From an uncultured Acidimicrobiales bacterium (lineage in GTDB: Bacteria > Actinomycetota > Acidimicrobiia > Acidimicrobiales > SZUA-35): a DNA stretch of 64,000 bases. This document shows positions 40,156 through 49,019 of the stretch, piece by piece. The first letter of the stretch is position 1, and the number at the start of each line of letters is the position of its first letter. Location of the stretch: NCBI GenBank assembly GCA_963803875.1, contig CAWDOA010000009.1:26216-90215 (forward strand), written 5' to 3'. The notes under the pieces were generated by a model, which did not search any database, had not been told where the DNA came from, and was given only the letters and a program-made list of their open reading frames with translations. Both the position numbers and the translations under genes were made by a program.

Positions 40156-40815
40156 CTACGGATTCGGCCGGAGCCGGTAGCCGGTGCGGGGGATCGTGTC
40201 GACCCGCTCGCGTCCGAGTTTCTGGCGCAGGTAGCGGATGTACACCTCCACAACATTGGGATTGCCACCGTATCCATCGCCCCACACGCGGCTGAGAAGT
40301 TCGTTTTTTGACAGCGGCCGGTCACCTGCCTGGATCAACTGGGCCAGGACTTGCCCCTCGCGGGGAGTGAGATGAACAGCAGATCCCTCCACTTCGGCTT
40401 CCCGTGTGGAGGCGTTGTAGCGGATGCCCGCGAATGCGGCCGCATCGGCGGTGGTCCTGGGCCGACGGAGCATGGCAGTGATCCGGGCGAGCAGAACTTC
40501 GAGCGAGAAGGGCTTGCGTAGGTAGTCGTCAGCGCCGAGTTCCAGTGCCTCGATCTCGTCGAATTCGCCTGTCTTGGCCGACAGACACAAGATGGGCGTT
40601 GCGACACCGGCTGCTCTAAGTGACCGGCAGATGTCGAACCCGTTCTTCGACGGCAGGAGTAAGTCGAGCAGAATCAAGTCATATGAGTTGGTGAGCGCCT
40701 CGTCATAGCCCTCTTGTCCATCCAGAAAGATGGTCGACTCAATATCGATTTCTTCCAATGCAGCCGAGACGGTTGTTGCGATGTCGTTCTCATCATCGAT
40801 TATCAGTGCGTGCAT
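40156..40815 (-). CDS. OmpR-family response regulator
   Basis: Start at ATG 40815 (MHALIIDDEND...). DLILLDLLLP phospho-acceptor region and winged-helix C-terminus (VEVYIRYLRQKL). Confidence 0.9.
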   Translation of the reverse strand: MHALIIDDENDIATTVSAALEEIDIESTIFLDGQEGYDEALTNSYDLILLDLLLPSKNGFDICRSLRAAGVATPILCLSAKTGEFDEIEALELGADDYLRKPFSLEVLLARITAMLRRPRTTADAAAFAGIRYNASTREAEVEGSAVHLTPREGQVLAQLIQAGDRPLSKNELLSRVWGDGYGGNPNVVEVYIRYLRQKLGRERVDTIPRTGYRLRPNP

Positions 40816-40879
40816 TGTGGTCCGTCGCCTTCGCTCTCTTTCAGTCGCTAGGAGCAGACTGAAAGTCATTTGGACATGA

Positions 40880-41938
40880 ATGTCGCAGCATCCACCAGTT
40901 TTCCCTGCGCCTGCTGGGAAACTGACCCGGATGCAGATCGCCGACACAACTCATGACCACGAGTTTGGCCCCTCTGATGCGGCGAGGCGTGGATCCACCA
41001 CACCATTCGAACAGGATGCAACACATTTGTTGTTGCACCAGCTCGCCGAGATCGGGCGCACGTTCGACACCTGTGGTGATCAGATTTGGGGGTTCGGCTT
41101 CAATCCAATGAAGATCCCGATGCTGTTTGTGTTCAAGAGTGTCGACTTGAGTGCGCGCTTCGGGATCTGCAGCGGACCAGTGGATTACGAGCGGCTGAGC
41201 ACGATCGACGGCGCGGTGTTTGGAGAAATCGTCGAGAGCAGACCGTTGGCGCGACGGCGCCACGACCTCGCACACACTGATCTCCGATTTCATTGGGTGA
41301 ACGATTCGATCGCCGACCTGTTCCAGCCTGCTCTGAACCAGGAGGTGCGCTTTGATGCCGAGCTCGCAAGAATCGAGTCATTGGTGTTCGATTTCTCAGG
41401 TGACAACTACCGGCCCCAATCGTGGGAGTTCGCGCGTTTCGTGGTCCACGAGGCGTTCCACCAGCATCAGCTCTTCGATGCCAAATGGCGCGTGCCAGTC
41501 GGATATGACCCAGCGACCCCTCCGTGTTCGGATTCCCTGAACGGCCAGCTCGCCCGCGAAGAGGCTCGACTCCTCGAGCTTGCAGCGCTGAGTCGGTCTG
41601 ATCACCAAGCGCAGAACTTTGTTCACCGATTCCTCGAAATGCGTGCTGAACGTCACAGACGATGGCCCGATACCGAGATGCTGGAGCGGGGTACTGAACA
41701 GGTGGAGGGGTCCGCACGATACGTCGAGAACCTGTACAGCCGCTTCAATGGGCGGGCAGATCGTCTCAACATGCCACCCGAGGCATTACGGCATGAGCGA
41801 GACTGGGTCGACTTTGGTCGTCTCTATAGAACCGGTGCGCGCATGCTCGAAATCTTGGATCGGTTTGAGATTTCGTGGCGCAAGCGATTAATTCAGGGTG
41901 AGGATCCGTACGGCATTCTGTGCCAGACGTTGAACTAG
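40880..41938 (+). CDS. hypothetical protein with HExxH motif (putative metallopeptidase)
   Basis: 352-aa ORF (alternative start ATG 40931). Single HEAFH motif in ...FARFVVHEAFHQHQLF.... No family recognised by eye. Confidence 0.45.
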   Translation: MSQHPPVFPAPAGKLTRMQIADTTHDHEFGPSDAARRGSTTPFEQDATHLLLHQLAEIGRTFDTCGDQIWGFGFNPMKIPMLFVFKSVDLSARFGICSGPVDYERLSTIDGAVFGEIVESRPLARRRHDLAHTDLRFHWVNDSIADLFQPALNQEVRFDAELARIESLVFDFSGDNYRPQSWEFARFVVHEAFHQHQLFDAKWRVPVGYDPATPPCSDSLNGQLAREEARLLELAALSRSDHQAQNFVHRFLEMRAERHRRWPDTEMLERGTEQVEGSARYVENLYSRFNGRADRLNMPPEALRHERDWVDFGRLYRTGARMLEILDRFEISWRKRLIQGEDPYGILCQTLN

Positions 41939-41949
41939 CCACGATCGGA

Positions 41950-42633
41950 TCACCATGGCGCCCGGGCCAGATCCACGTGACTATTCCCTTTTTCAGACCG
42001 GTAGTCAGAGAACTTGGCCATGACCTCGTTCATCTCATCGGTCGAGAGCAATATGGGATGGCCAACTGTCCGTGCCATCAGGTACTGCTCAGCCAGAGCC
42101 TCCACTTCGATCGCAAGGTTGTACGCGGCCCCAACCGAAGCTCCACAGGCGAGCAGGCCGTGATTGGCGAGAAGGCATGCGCTCCGATCTTCTAACGCCG
42201 TTATCGCTGCGTCTGCGAGTGCGACGGTACCGAAGGTCGCATAGTCACTACAGCGGATGTCGATCCCACCCGCCACTGCAACCATGTAGTGGAACGGTGG
42301 GATGTCGAGTCTCAAGGTGGAAAGGGCTGTCGCTGCCGGTGAATGCAAGTGCACAATCGCATCTACATCACGGCGACGCTGATAGATGTGTTGATGAAAT
42401 AGCCATTCCGAGGACGGGCGGTGGGGACCGGCCGCTCGACCGTCGGCATCAACGAACACGAGGTCGCTTGGATCGATCATGTCGTAGGCAAGAGCTGACG
42501 GTGTGATCACGTAGCCATTCCCGGAGCGGAAACTGGCGTTACCCGAGGTCCCACGGTTGATCCCCATGCGCTGAGCATCGAGCAGAACGCTGATCATCGT
42601 CTGTCCATCGCCAGAGCTGGACTCCGATCCCAT
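41950..42633 (-). CDS. class II aldolase/adducin-domain protein
   Basis: 227 aa. GTSGNASFR, VHLHSP, LLANHGLLACG are typical of the fuculose-phosphate-aldolase-like fold. Confidence 0.8.
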   Translation of the reverse strand: MGSESSSGDGQTMISVLLDAQRMGINRGTSGNASFRSGNGYVITPSALAYDMIDPSDLVFVDADGRAAGPHRPSSEWLFHQHIYQRRRDVDAIVHLHSPAATALSTLRLDIPPFHYMVAVAGGIDIRCSDYATFGTVALADAAITALEDRSACLLANHGLLACGASVGAAYNLAIEVEALAEQYLMARTVGHPILLSTDEMNEVMAKFSDYRSEKGNSHVDLARAPW

Positions 42634-42769
42634 CTCCGGGAGCGTATCGCTGGCGGAGTTCGGGGAGGCTCACGTCACGATTCGGTGTCGTCGTTCATGG
42701 CGATCCCGGACCGAGGATGGGACTAGGCTCATACGAGACCGTGGGGAGACATCCATAACCAAGGGAGTT

Positions 42770-42991
42770 GTGAACTATGAGCGTTTCGCTTTGTTCGGAC
42801 TACTCGGCGGTATCCAAGCCCAACTTCAGTTCAAGCAGGCGCTCGATATGCCACCTCAGTTCTGCGACGAGATTCTGAGCCTTTCCGATCGCATTGGGGT
42901 CGTCCACGAAGGTGCTGTGCTCGCCAGGTTCGACGGAACCTCCGCAACGCGTGCGGAGGTCGGCCTGTTGATGGCCGACGGCTCGAGGTAG
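42770..42991 (+). pseudogene. remnant of the C-terminus of an ABC transporter ATPase
   Basis: Only ...DEILSLSDRIGVVHEGAVLARFDGTSATRAEVGLLMADGSR resembles the D-loop/H-loop-distal tail of sugar-type ABC ATPases. No Walker motifs are present upstream. Confidence 0.4.
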
Positions 42992-43004
42992 ATTCAGGTC
43001 TCGC

Positions 43005-43838
43005 ATGCCGCCGATTCGCATGATCGCCACCGACATTGATGGCACGATGCTTCGTGAGGATGGCACGCTGTCGCCGGCGGTCCGAGATGCCCTGCACGAG
43101 GCCACCAAGGCAGGCATTGAGGTCGTTCCGGCGACCGGTCGGCCCTACGTTGTTGCTACCGAGGTCATCGAAGCGCTTGGTCACAATCACTACTGGATCT
43201 TCGCCAACGGAGCGGTCACCTGGCACCATGGTCGGGCGGAGACGGTTCGAGGCTACTGGATGCAGCCAGACCGAGTTATCGAGATGATCGAGCGAATTCG
43301 ATCGTTCCTACCAAACGCGAGTTTCGCAGTCGAGTTCGAGAGGGATGCCATCTTCGAGCGGGGATTCGAGCGTCTGGTCAACATTGTCGACGGTCTTCAT
43401 CTGGTCAAGGATGTGACCCGTGCGGTGGAGTCCCGGGTGCAGAAGATCCTTGTTTTCGATCACAGCATCACACTCGACGACCTCTACCGCAAGGTGTGTG
43501 ACGCCATCGGGGACGACGGAGTCGCAACCTATTCAGGTCTGTCGTTCATCGAAGTTGCTGCCGACCTCGTGACCAAAGCCATGGCGGTCAGCGAGCTGGC
43601 TGCGGAGTTGGGAATCGATCGTTCTGAGGTTGCGAGCTTCGGCGACAATCACAACGATGTCTCCATGCTCCAGTGGGCCGGCCGAGGGTATGCCATGGGT
43701 AACGCAACGCCCGATGCTACCGAGGCTGCGAACTATGTGATCGGAACAAACGAAGAAGATGCGCTCGCTACACAGGTACGTACCCTCATTGCCGAGCACG
43801 AGGCGGGCACTGACTCTTCGTCGGAAGCCTTGGACTGA
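43005..43838 (+). CDS. Cof-type HAD-IIB phosphatase
   Basis: Motif I IATDIDGTML, motif IV FGDNHNDVSML, with a cap domain between. Confidence 0.85.
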   Translation: MPPIRMIATDIDGTMLREDGTLSPAVRDALHEATKAGIEVVPATGRPYVVATEVIEALGHNHYWIFANGAVTWHHGRAETVRGYWMQPDRVIEMIERIRSFLPNASFAVEFERDAIFERGFERLVNIVDGLHLVKDVTRAVESRVQKILVFDHSITLDDLYRKVCDAIGDDGVATYSGLSFIEVAADLVTKAMAVSELAAELGIDRSEVASFGDNHNDVSMLQWAGRGYAMGNATPDATEAANYVIGTNEEDALATQVRTLIAEHEAGTDSSSEALD

Positions 43839-43849
43839 GGGTTTCGGCA

Positions 43850-44587
43850 GTGGAAGTTCCAAAGCCGCTTCGAGGACTCCCCGGTTGGTTGGGGCGCCCG
43901 GTGTGGGGAGAGGCCAGGAGTGTTCGGGAGCTTCGCCTACTCAGGCAGAGCTTCTGGTGGCAGGGGTACGGGGTGCCCGAAGGCAAGAATCGACCTGTGC
44001 TTCTCATCGCAGGGTTTCTTGCCGGTCCCCGCACCATTGACGCTCTGGACCATGTTCTTTCCGTTGCCGGATGGCAGGTGCGCCAAGCCGACGTCGGCCG
44101 CAACGCCGGACCCGCCTACCACGGGATCGCGCATTGTGAGCGGGACCTCGAGGCGCTGTGCGAGGACAGCGGTGAAAAGGTCCGTGTGATCGGACACAGT
44201 CGGGGCGGCCAATACGCCCGCGTGCTTGCGATTCGGTTTCCCCAGGCGGTCGAGCAAATCATCACCCTCGGCTCGCCGCTGCGAGTGAAGTATCCGAAAT
44301 ACGCGGTCGTGAAGGTGCCCGCCGAGGCGCTTGATCGGCTTTGGCGTACCGGTGTGTTCGGCGCTGTTGACACCGAGGCCGAGCAGCGGGTCGACGAAGA
44401 TCGGTTTGTCCCGATCCCCGATGGAATCGATTTCGTCAGCGTCTATTCCAAGACCGACGGGATCGTGGACTGGCGGACTTCCATCGACCCTCAGGCTGAC
44501 ATGGTTGAGGTGAACGCATCCCATGCCGGACTCCCGAACAGCATCGCTGGAGTCGGTGCCGTGGCAACTGCACTCGCTCGTCTTTGA
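43850..44587 (+). CDS. alpha/beta hydrolase (lipase/esterase-like)
   Basis: Nucleophile elbow GHSRGG and oxyanion region VLLIAGFLAG. Confidence 0.65.
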   Translation: MEVPKPLRGLPGWLGRPVWGEARSVRELRLLRQSFWWQGYGVPEGKNRPVLLIAGFLAGPRTIDALDHVLSVAGWQVRQADVGRNAGPAYHGIAHCERDLEALCEDSGEKVRVIGHSRGGQYARVLAIRFPQAVEQIITLGSPLRVKYPKYAVVKVPAEALDRLWRTGVFGAVDTEAEQRVDEDRFVPIPDGIDFVSVYSKTDGIVDWRTSIDPQADMVEVNASHAGLPNSIAGVGAVATALARL

Positions 44588-44662
44588 GGACACGACCCGG
44601 TCATTCCCACTTTGATCCATTGCTTCTATGCGGGCCGGCGTCTCGGTAGCTAACTTCACTGG

Positions 44663-45325
44663 GTGGCTGAGTTGCAGTTTTTCTTCGGAACGATGGGATC
44701 GGGCAAGTCGACACAGGCGCTCCAGGTTCACTACAACCTGACCGAGCGAGGGCTCCGGTGTGTCCTGCTCACCCAATTGGACCGTACCGAGGGGGTGGTT
44801 TCCAGCCGCCTGGGGATTCAGGCCGAGGCGCTGATCATCAATCCGACCGTCGACGTATACAGGCTGGTTGCTCACGCTCATCGGACCGGTCTCGGACTTG
44901 ATGCAGTCATTTGTGATGAGGCCCAGTTCTACGAACCGGCCCAGATCGACCAGTTGGCTCGTGCCGTCGATGAGCTGCGGATCGATGTCTACGCATACGG
45001 ACTGCTCACCAGCTTCCAGGGGGAATTATTTCCCGGTTCAAAGCGCCTGATGGAAATGGCCGACAAGCGAAACGAGCTTCAAGTCGAGGCCCGATGTTTT
45101 TGCGGAAAGCGGGCAACCCACAACGCCCGTTTGGTCAACGGACGTCAGGTGTACGACGGCGAGCTGAAGATCGTTGGGGATACGGGAGAGTCGACAGCGG
45201 AAGTCTCCTACGACCTGCGTTGCCGCGAGCACTGGCTGGCCGGCAAGGACGATGCACGACAACGAGCGTTGTTCGACGAGCTGCGACTCGACGAGCTGCC
45301 CGTAGAGTTCGAGCATGGGTTCTGA
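44663..45325 (+). CDS. tdk: thymidine kinase
   Basis: P-loop GTMGSGKST, CDEAQF, C-terminal Cys cluster (CFCGKRATHNARL...LRCREH). Confidence 0.92.
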   Translation: MAELQFFFGTMGSGKSTQALQVHYNLTERGLRCVLLTQLDRTEGVVSSRLGIQAEALIINPTVDVYRLVAHAHRTGLGLDAVICDEAQFYEPAQIDQLARAVDELRIDVYAYGLLTSFQGELFPGSKRLMEMADKRNELQVEARCFCGKRATHNARLVNGRQVYDGELKIVGDTGESTAEVSYDLRCREHWLAGKDDARQRALFDELRLDELPVEFEHGF

Positions 45326-45932
45326 AACTATTCGGGTCGACAAGTGGTGTGACCCGATCTGACCGTGGTGTTGGATAACCAGTCGTTGGCTGGTTGAAGA
45401 GGTTGCTCCCCACCGAGATCTCGATATCCACTATCGATCGATCTCGCTGAAGGTCAAGAACAACAGCGACGACGAGGCGGCTCAATTCACCCACAATCTG
45501 TTGCGGGTGGCCGAGTCAGTTCGGGCGTCCCAAGGAGATGCCCCCCTCAAGGATCTCTACTGGGAGATGTGTCGTCGCATCCATCATGATGACGACCGCG
45601 CCTTTGCCCCCGAGGATGTTCTGGAGGCTGTCGGTGTCGACATGTCTCACGCCGCAGCTTTTTCGGACCCAGCCTGGGACGACGCAGTCGAGGCCGAAAC
45701 AGCGGCTGGAATCGATCTGGCAGGTGAAGACGTGGGCACTCCCATCATCGCTCTCACTTATCCCGATGGATCCCAGTCGGCGATCTTCGGACCGGTGATG
45801 ACCCCCATTCCTCGAGGTCAGGCTGCGCTTGATCTGTGGGACGGCATGGCGAAGGTGATGAGCGTGCCGGGATTCTTTGAACTGAAACGCACCAGGGACG
45901 TGGGTCCCGAAACAGGCCCTCGTCCGGCGTGA
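45315..45932 (+). CDS. DsbA-like (Rv2466c-family) thiol reductase with in-frame TGA at the first Cys of CPWC: candidate selenoprotein or nonsense pseudogene
   Basis: One frame from ATG 45315 to stop 45930-45932, interrupted only by TGA 45360-45362. Translation: MGSETIRVDKWCDPI*PWCWITSRWLVEEV...GEDVGTPIIAL...FGPVMTPIPRG...FFELKRTR. The ORF track lists only the distal 143 aa. Confidence 0.6.
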
Positions 45933-46035
45933 TTCCTTCCGTGGTCCTAAGGCAAGGCGTTGGCTCGTGCCCCTATCCGCCAGCGTGAGGTAGCCACCGA
46001 CTACCGTTGAAGCCGTTGAACGAAGGGACTGTAGA

Positions 46036-46338
46036 ATGTTTTTTTGGGGCGTTTTGGTAGGGCTGATAGGCGCTGTATTGATTGGCTGGTACGGCTCCAA
46101 GAAGCAGCGGGATCATGTTTCGGCCATGGAACGTACGCTGAGCGGCGAGTCTCGGAGGGTCACGGCTCTGGAACGAGAGCTCGCTACCGCCAAGGCCGAA
46201 GGTGCCGAGGCGGTGCGAAATGAGAAGCTGCGTCAGGCGCGAGAATTTGGGCAGTACAAGATACTTTTGCGCCGCGCCGACACTGCGTTGGCTCAAGCGA
46301 AGGCGGCTCGGGACGACTCCATCCTGGATGCTGCCTGA
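46036..46338 (+). CDS. hypothetical membrane-anchored coiled-coil protein
   Basis: 100 aa. N-terminal TM helix (FFWGVLVGLIGAVLIGWY) followed by a charged helical region. Confidence 0.45.
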   Translation: MFFWGVLVGLIGAVLIGWYGSKKQRDHVSAMERTLSGESRRVTALERELATAKAEGAEAVRNEKLRQAREFGQYKILLRRADTALAQAKAARDDSILDAA

Positions 46339-46354
46339 CCGATCCGGCTTCTGC

Positions 46355-47020
46355 TCAGGGGAGTGTCCAATCGATCGGCCCGCGCCCGCCTGCGCTCAAT
46401 AGCTCGTTGGTGCGGCTGAAGGGCCGAGATCCGAAGAAACCGCGGGATGCCGAAAGCGGGCTTGGATGCGGTGAAGTCACAACCGCATGCTGGTCGAGAT
46501 CGAGTCGAACCATTTTCTGCTGAGCTGACGCGCCCCACAGAATGAACACCACCCGGTCAGATTTGGCGTTCACCACGTCGATGACCGCGTCGGTGAACTG
46601 CTCCCAGCCTTGGCGCCGATGGGAGTTCGCTTGACCGGCCCGAACGGTCAGGACAGTGTTGATCAGAAGCACGCCTTGACGGGCCCACGGGATGAGCGAA
46701 CCTGACGTGGGTGAAGGGATCTCAAGATCCGACGACAGCTCCCGAAAGACGTTCTTGAGCGAGGGTGGTGGCGGTGTCGGCGGCTTCACAGAGAAGCACA
46801 GGCCGTGAGCTTGACCGGGACCGTGATAGGGGTCCTGGCCAAGAATCACGGCTCGAACCGAACTCAGCGGTGTGAGGTGCAGCGCGGAAAACACTTCATT
46901 GTGGGGTGGATACACCGGGCCCTGTTGTCTCTCCGACGCCACGAACTCCTGCAGCGGTGCCCAATAGGGCTTTGCGAATTCACTTCGGAGGACGGGGTTC
47001 CAGTCCGTTCTTGGTGCCAC
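46355..47020 (-). CDS. ung: uracil-DNA glycosylase (family 1)
   Basis: GQDPYHGPGQAHGLCFSV and HPSPLSA motifs. Confidence 0.93.
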   Translation of the reverse strand: MAPRTDWNPVLRSEFAKPYWAPLQEFVASERQQGPVYPPHNEVFSALHLTPLSSVRAVILGQDPYHGPGQAHGLCFSVKPPTPPPPSLKNVFRELSSDLEIPSPTSGSLIPWARQGVLLINTVLTVRAGQANSHRRQGWEQFTDAVIDVVNAKSDRVVFILWGASAQQKMVRLDLDQHAVVTSPHPSPLSASRGFFGSRPFSRTNELLSAGGRGPIDWTLP

Positions 47021-47053
47021 CTACCCGTTCTATCCGAACAGTACGATCCGTCG

Positions 47054-48334
47054 GTGCGCTGTTCCCCGGTTCCTCACGTCGGCGCATCGCTTTCCCGCTG
47101 GGTAATGGCAATAGCCCTTTCAAGTGCCGTCGCTTGCTCGGCGGGTTCAGCGCCGGATCAAGCCGTTGCATCAAGCGGGCTCGGTGAACCAGTGGCCGCT
47201 ACCCCCACCTCGGCTCCTGTAACCACGTCACTCCCATCCACGACGACAACGACTCAAGCCTCGACAACCACAACCGATCCGGTTCGTGCCCTGCTGGAGA
47301 CGATGACTCTTCAGGACAAGATTGGTCAAATTCTCATGCCGGTGGTGCGAGGCACTGGTGTCGACAGGGTGACCGGTGCCGACGTGGCGTACAACACAGC
47401 GCTCGGGGGCTTTGGGACCCCGGCGGAGTTGGTGTCGGCCTATCGTCTCGGTGGGATCATGTATCTGGGTCCCAACGTGGAATCACCGACCCAAATCAAA
47501 GAATTCAGTGACGGGTTGCAGGAAGTTGCGGCTGAGAACGGACTGCCGCCTCTCCTGGTGGCGGCAGATCAGGAGGGCGGCAGGGTCCGTCGAATCCGAG
47601 GTGAAGGTGTCACCGTCGTTGGTTCCGCCAGATCACTGGCCGGCGACGCCACAGCCGTGTTCGAGAACGCCAGTCTGACCGGCCAGGAGATGAGAGCGAT
47701 TGGCATAAACGTAGTATTCGCCCCGGTCGCCGATGTGGTTCGGTCCGATGTCGGGGTGATCGGCAACCGTTCATACGGATCGGACTCAGCGCTCGTAGCT
47801 GAGATGGTCGCGGCATCGGTGGAAGGGTTGCGGAATGGCGGAGTTGCTGCGGTCGCCAAGCACTGGCCCGGACACGGAGCCACCGAGGTTGACAGTCACA
47901 AGGCGCTGCCGATTGTTGAATCGACTGAGGAGGAATGGCGAACCACAGATCTTCCGCCGTTCGTGGCAGCAGTGAAGGCCGACGTGAATGCGTTGATGGT
48001 GGGTCACCTGGCTCTCCCAAGCCTCGGTGTTTTGGAACCCGCTACGATTTCCCCCAAGCTCACCGGGGACCTCATACGCACCGAGCTGGGTTTCGACGGC
48101 GTGCTCTTCACCGATGCGATGGACATGAGAGCTCTTGATGGCATCGACGAGGCCGAGTTGGCGGTACTCGTCTTGGAAGCCGGAATCGACATCCAGTTGG
48201 TCCCTCCTGATCTCGTGGCATCCGTCTCCGGAATCTCCCGAGCCGTTTCCACGGGCCGCATCAAGGAGGAACGCCTCGACGCAAGTGTCGCAAGAATCCT
48301 GATTATGAAACGGGATCTTGGGTTGATCGACTGA
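47054..48334 (+). CDS. glycoside hydrolase family 3 beta-N-acetylhexosaminidase-like lipoprotein
   Basis: KHWPGHG and GH3 N-terminal domain pattern. Start placed at GTG 47054 to give a signal peptide with lipobox (...WVMAIALSSAVAC); ATG 47105 is an alternative. The ORF-track start 46805 would overlap ung. Confidence 0.75.
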   Translation: MRCSPVPHVGASLSRWVMAIALSSAVACSAGSAPDQAVASSGLGEPVAATPTSAPVTTSLPSTTTTTQASTTTTDPVRALLETMTLQDKIGQILMPVVRGTGVDRVTGADVAYNTALGGFGTPAELVSAYRLGGIMYLGPNVESPTQIKEFSDGLQEVAAENGLPPLLVAADQEGGRVRRIRGEGVTVVGSARSLAGDATAVFENASLTGQEMRAIGINVVFAPVADVVRSDVGVIGNRSYGSDSALVAEMVAASVEGLRNGGVAAVAKHWPGHGATEVDSHKALPIVESTEEEWRTTDLPPFVAAVKADVNALMVGHLALPSLGVLEPATISPKLTGDLIRTELGFDGVLFTDAMDMRALDGIDEAELAVLVLEAGIDIQLVPPDLVASVSGISRAVSTGRIKEERLDASVARILIMKRDLGLID

Positions 48335-48344
48335 AGGTGTGGAC

Positions 48345-49019
48345 TTAGGCGACCGGTAGTGCAGTGATCACCTGGTTTCCTCGATAGCTCTTCGCAAATC
48401 GATCGAATGATCCTCCGCAGGTGACCAGGTGGAGAGCGTGGGGCCCGCCTGACCGGAAGAGCTCATCGGCGGGAAGTTCGGTCTTGTCATAGAGCACGAC
48501 CGATAGAACTGCATAGTCGGCGTGGGTGCCATCGGCGAGTTCCAAGTGAATCAGGTCTCCGACGGTTGCGAGCCGAAGGTTGTAGAACAGCCCCGGTTGA
48601 CCCCCGTAGTCGACGTGGGCTGCGATGACGGTGGCCCCCGGTGTCTCCGGTGTCGACGAGTGCCGATACCAACCAGCTGCCTGCGCAAACGGGACGTCGA
48701 GTTGGAGATCAGCAGCGATGCCGACAGCTTCCACCGGTCCATCGATATCGATTTCAGAGACCGAAATCCTCACGGGAGCAGGCCCTGTGCCCTGCTCGAT
48801 CAACGCATTCGCTGACCTCCGACGTGGGACGTGTACTGCGATGGTTTCGCGGTGAGACGGTGTTTGGAACCAAAGCTCGAGCGGTTGAGCAGCAACAGCC
48901 TGACGCACCTCAGCGCTCAGGGATCCTCCCGGGATCGTGGTCGACGGAGCAACGAGTAGTGCACCTGCGGTTGCCACATACACAGCGGCGAAGTGGCGAG
49001 TCCGGAGCCGCTTTCCCAC
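48345..49019 (-). CDS. class F sortase
   Basis: 224 aa. N-terminal TM anchor, catalytic His (VIAAHVDYGG), TLxTC-type Cys (LHLVTCGGSF), Arg near the C-terminus (YRGNQVI). Start abuts the upstream stop (49019/49020). Confidence 0.8.
   Translation of the reverse strand: MGKRLRTRHFAAVYVATAGALLVAPSTTIPGGSLSAEVRQAVAAQPLELWFQTPSHRETIAVHVPRRRSANALIEQGTGPAPVRISVSEIDIDGPVEAVGIAADLQLDVPFAQAAGWYRHSSTPETPGATVIAAHVDYGGQPGLFYNLRLATVGDLIHLELADGTHADYAVLSVVLYDKTELPADELFRSGGPHALHLVTCGGSFDRFAKSYRGNQVITALPVA

Noticed and set aside
43937-44881. 314-aa minus-strand ORF
   Set aside because: It is antisense to the alpha/beta hydrolase and tdk genes, which have clear catalytic motifs. This is a typical high-GC shadow ORF. 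The same reasoning applies to 847-1572, 8884-9486, 12630-13568, 16329-16931, 17055-17594, 18882-19511, 29083-29682, 51859-52464 and 60708-61274.
46805-47053. N-terminal 83-aa extension of the GH3 ORF as listed in the ORF track
   Set aside because: It would overlap the ung coding region on the opposite strand by more than 200 nt. A downstream start yields a proper lipoprotein signal peptide.
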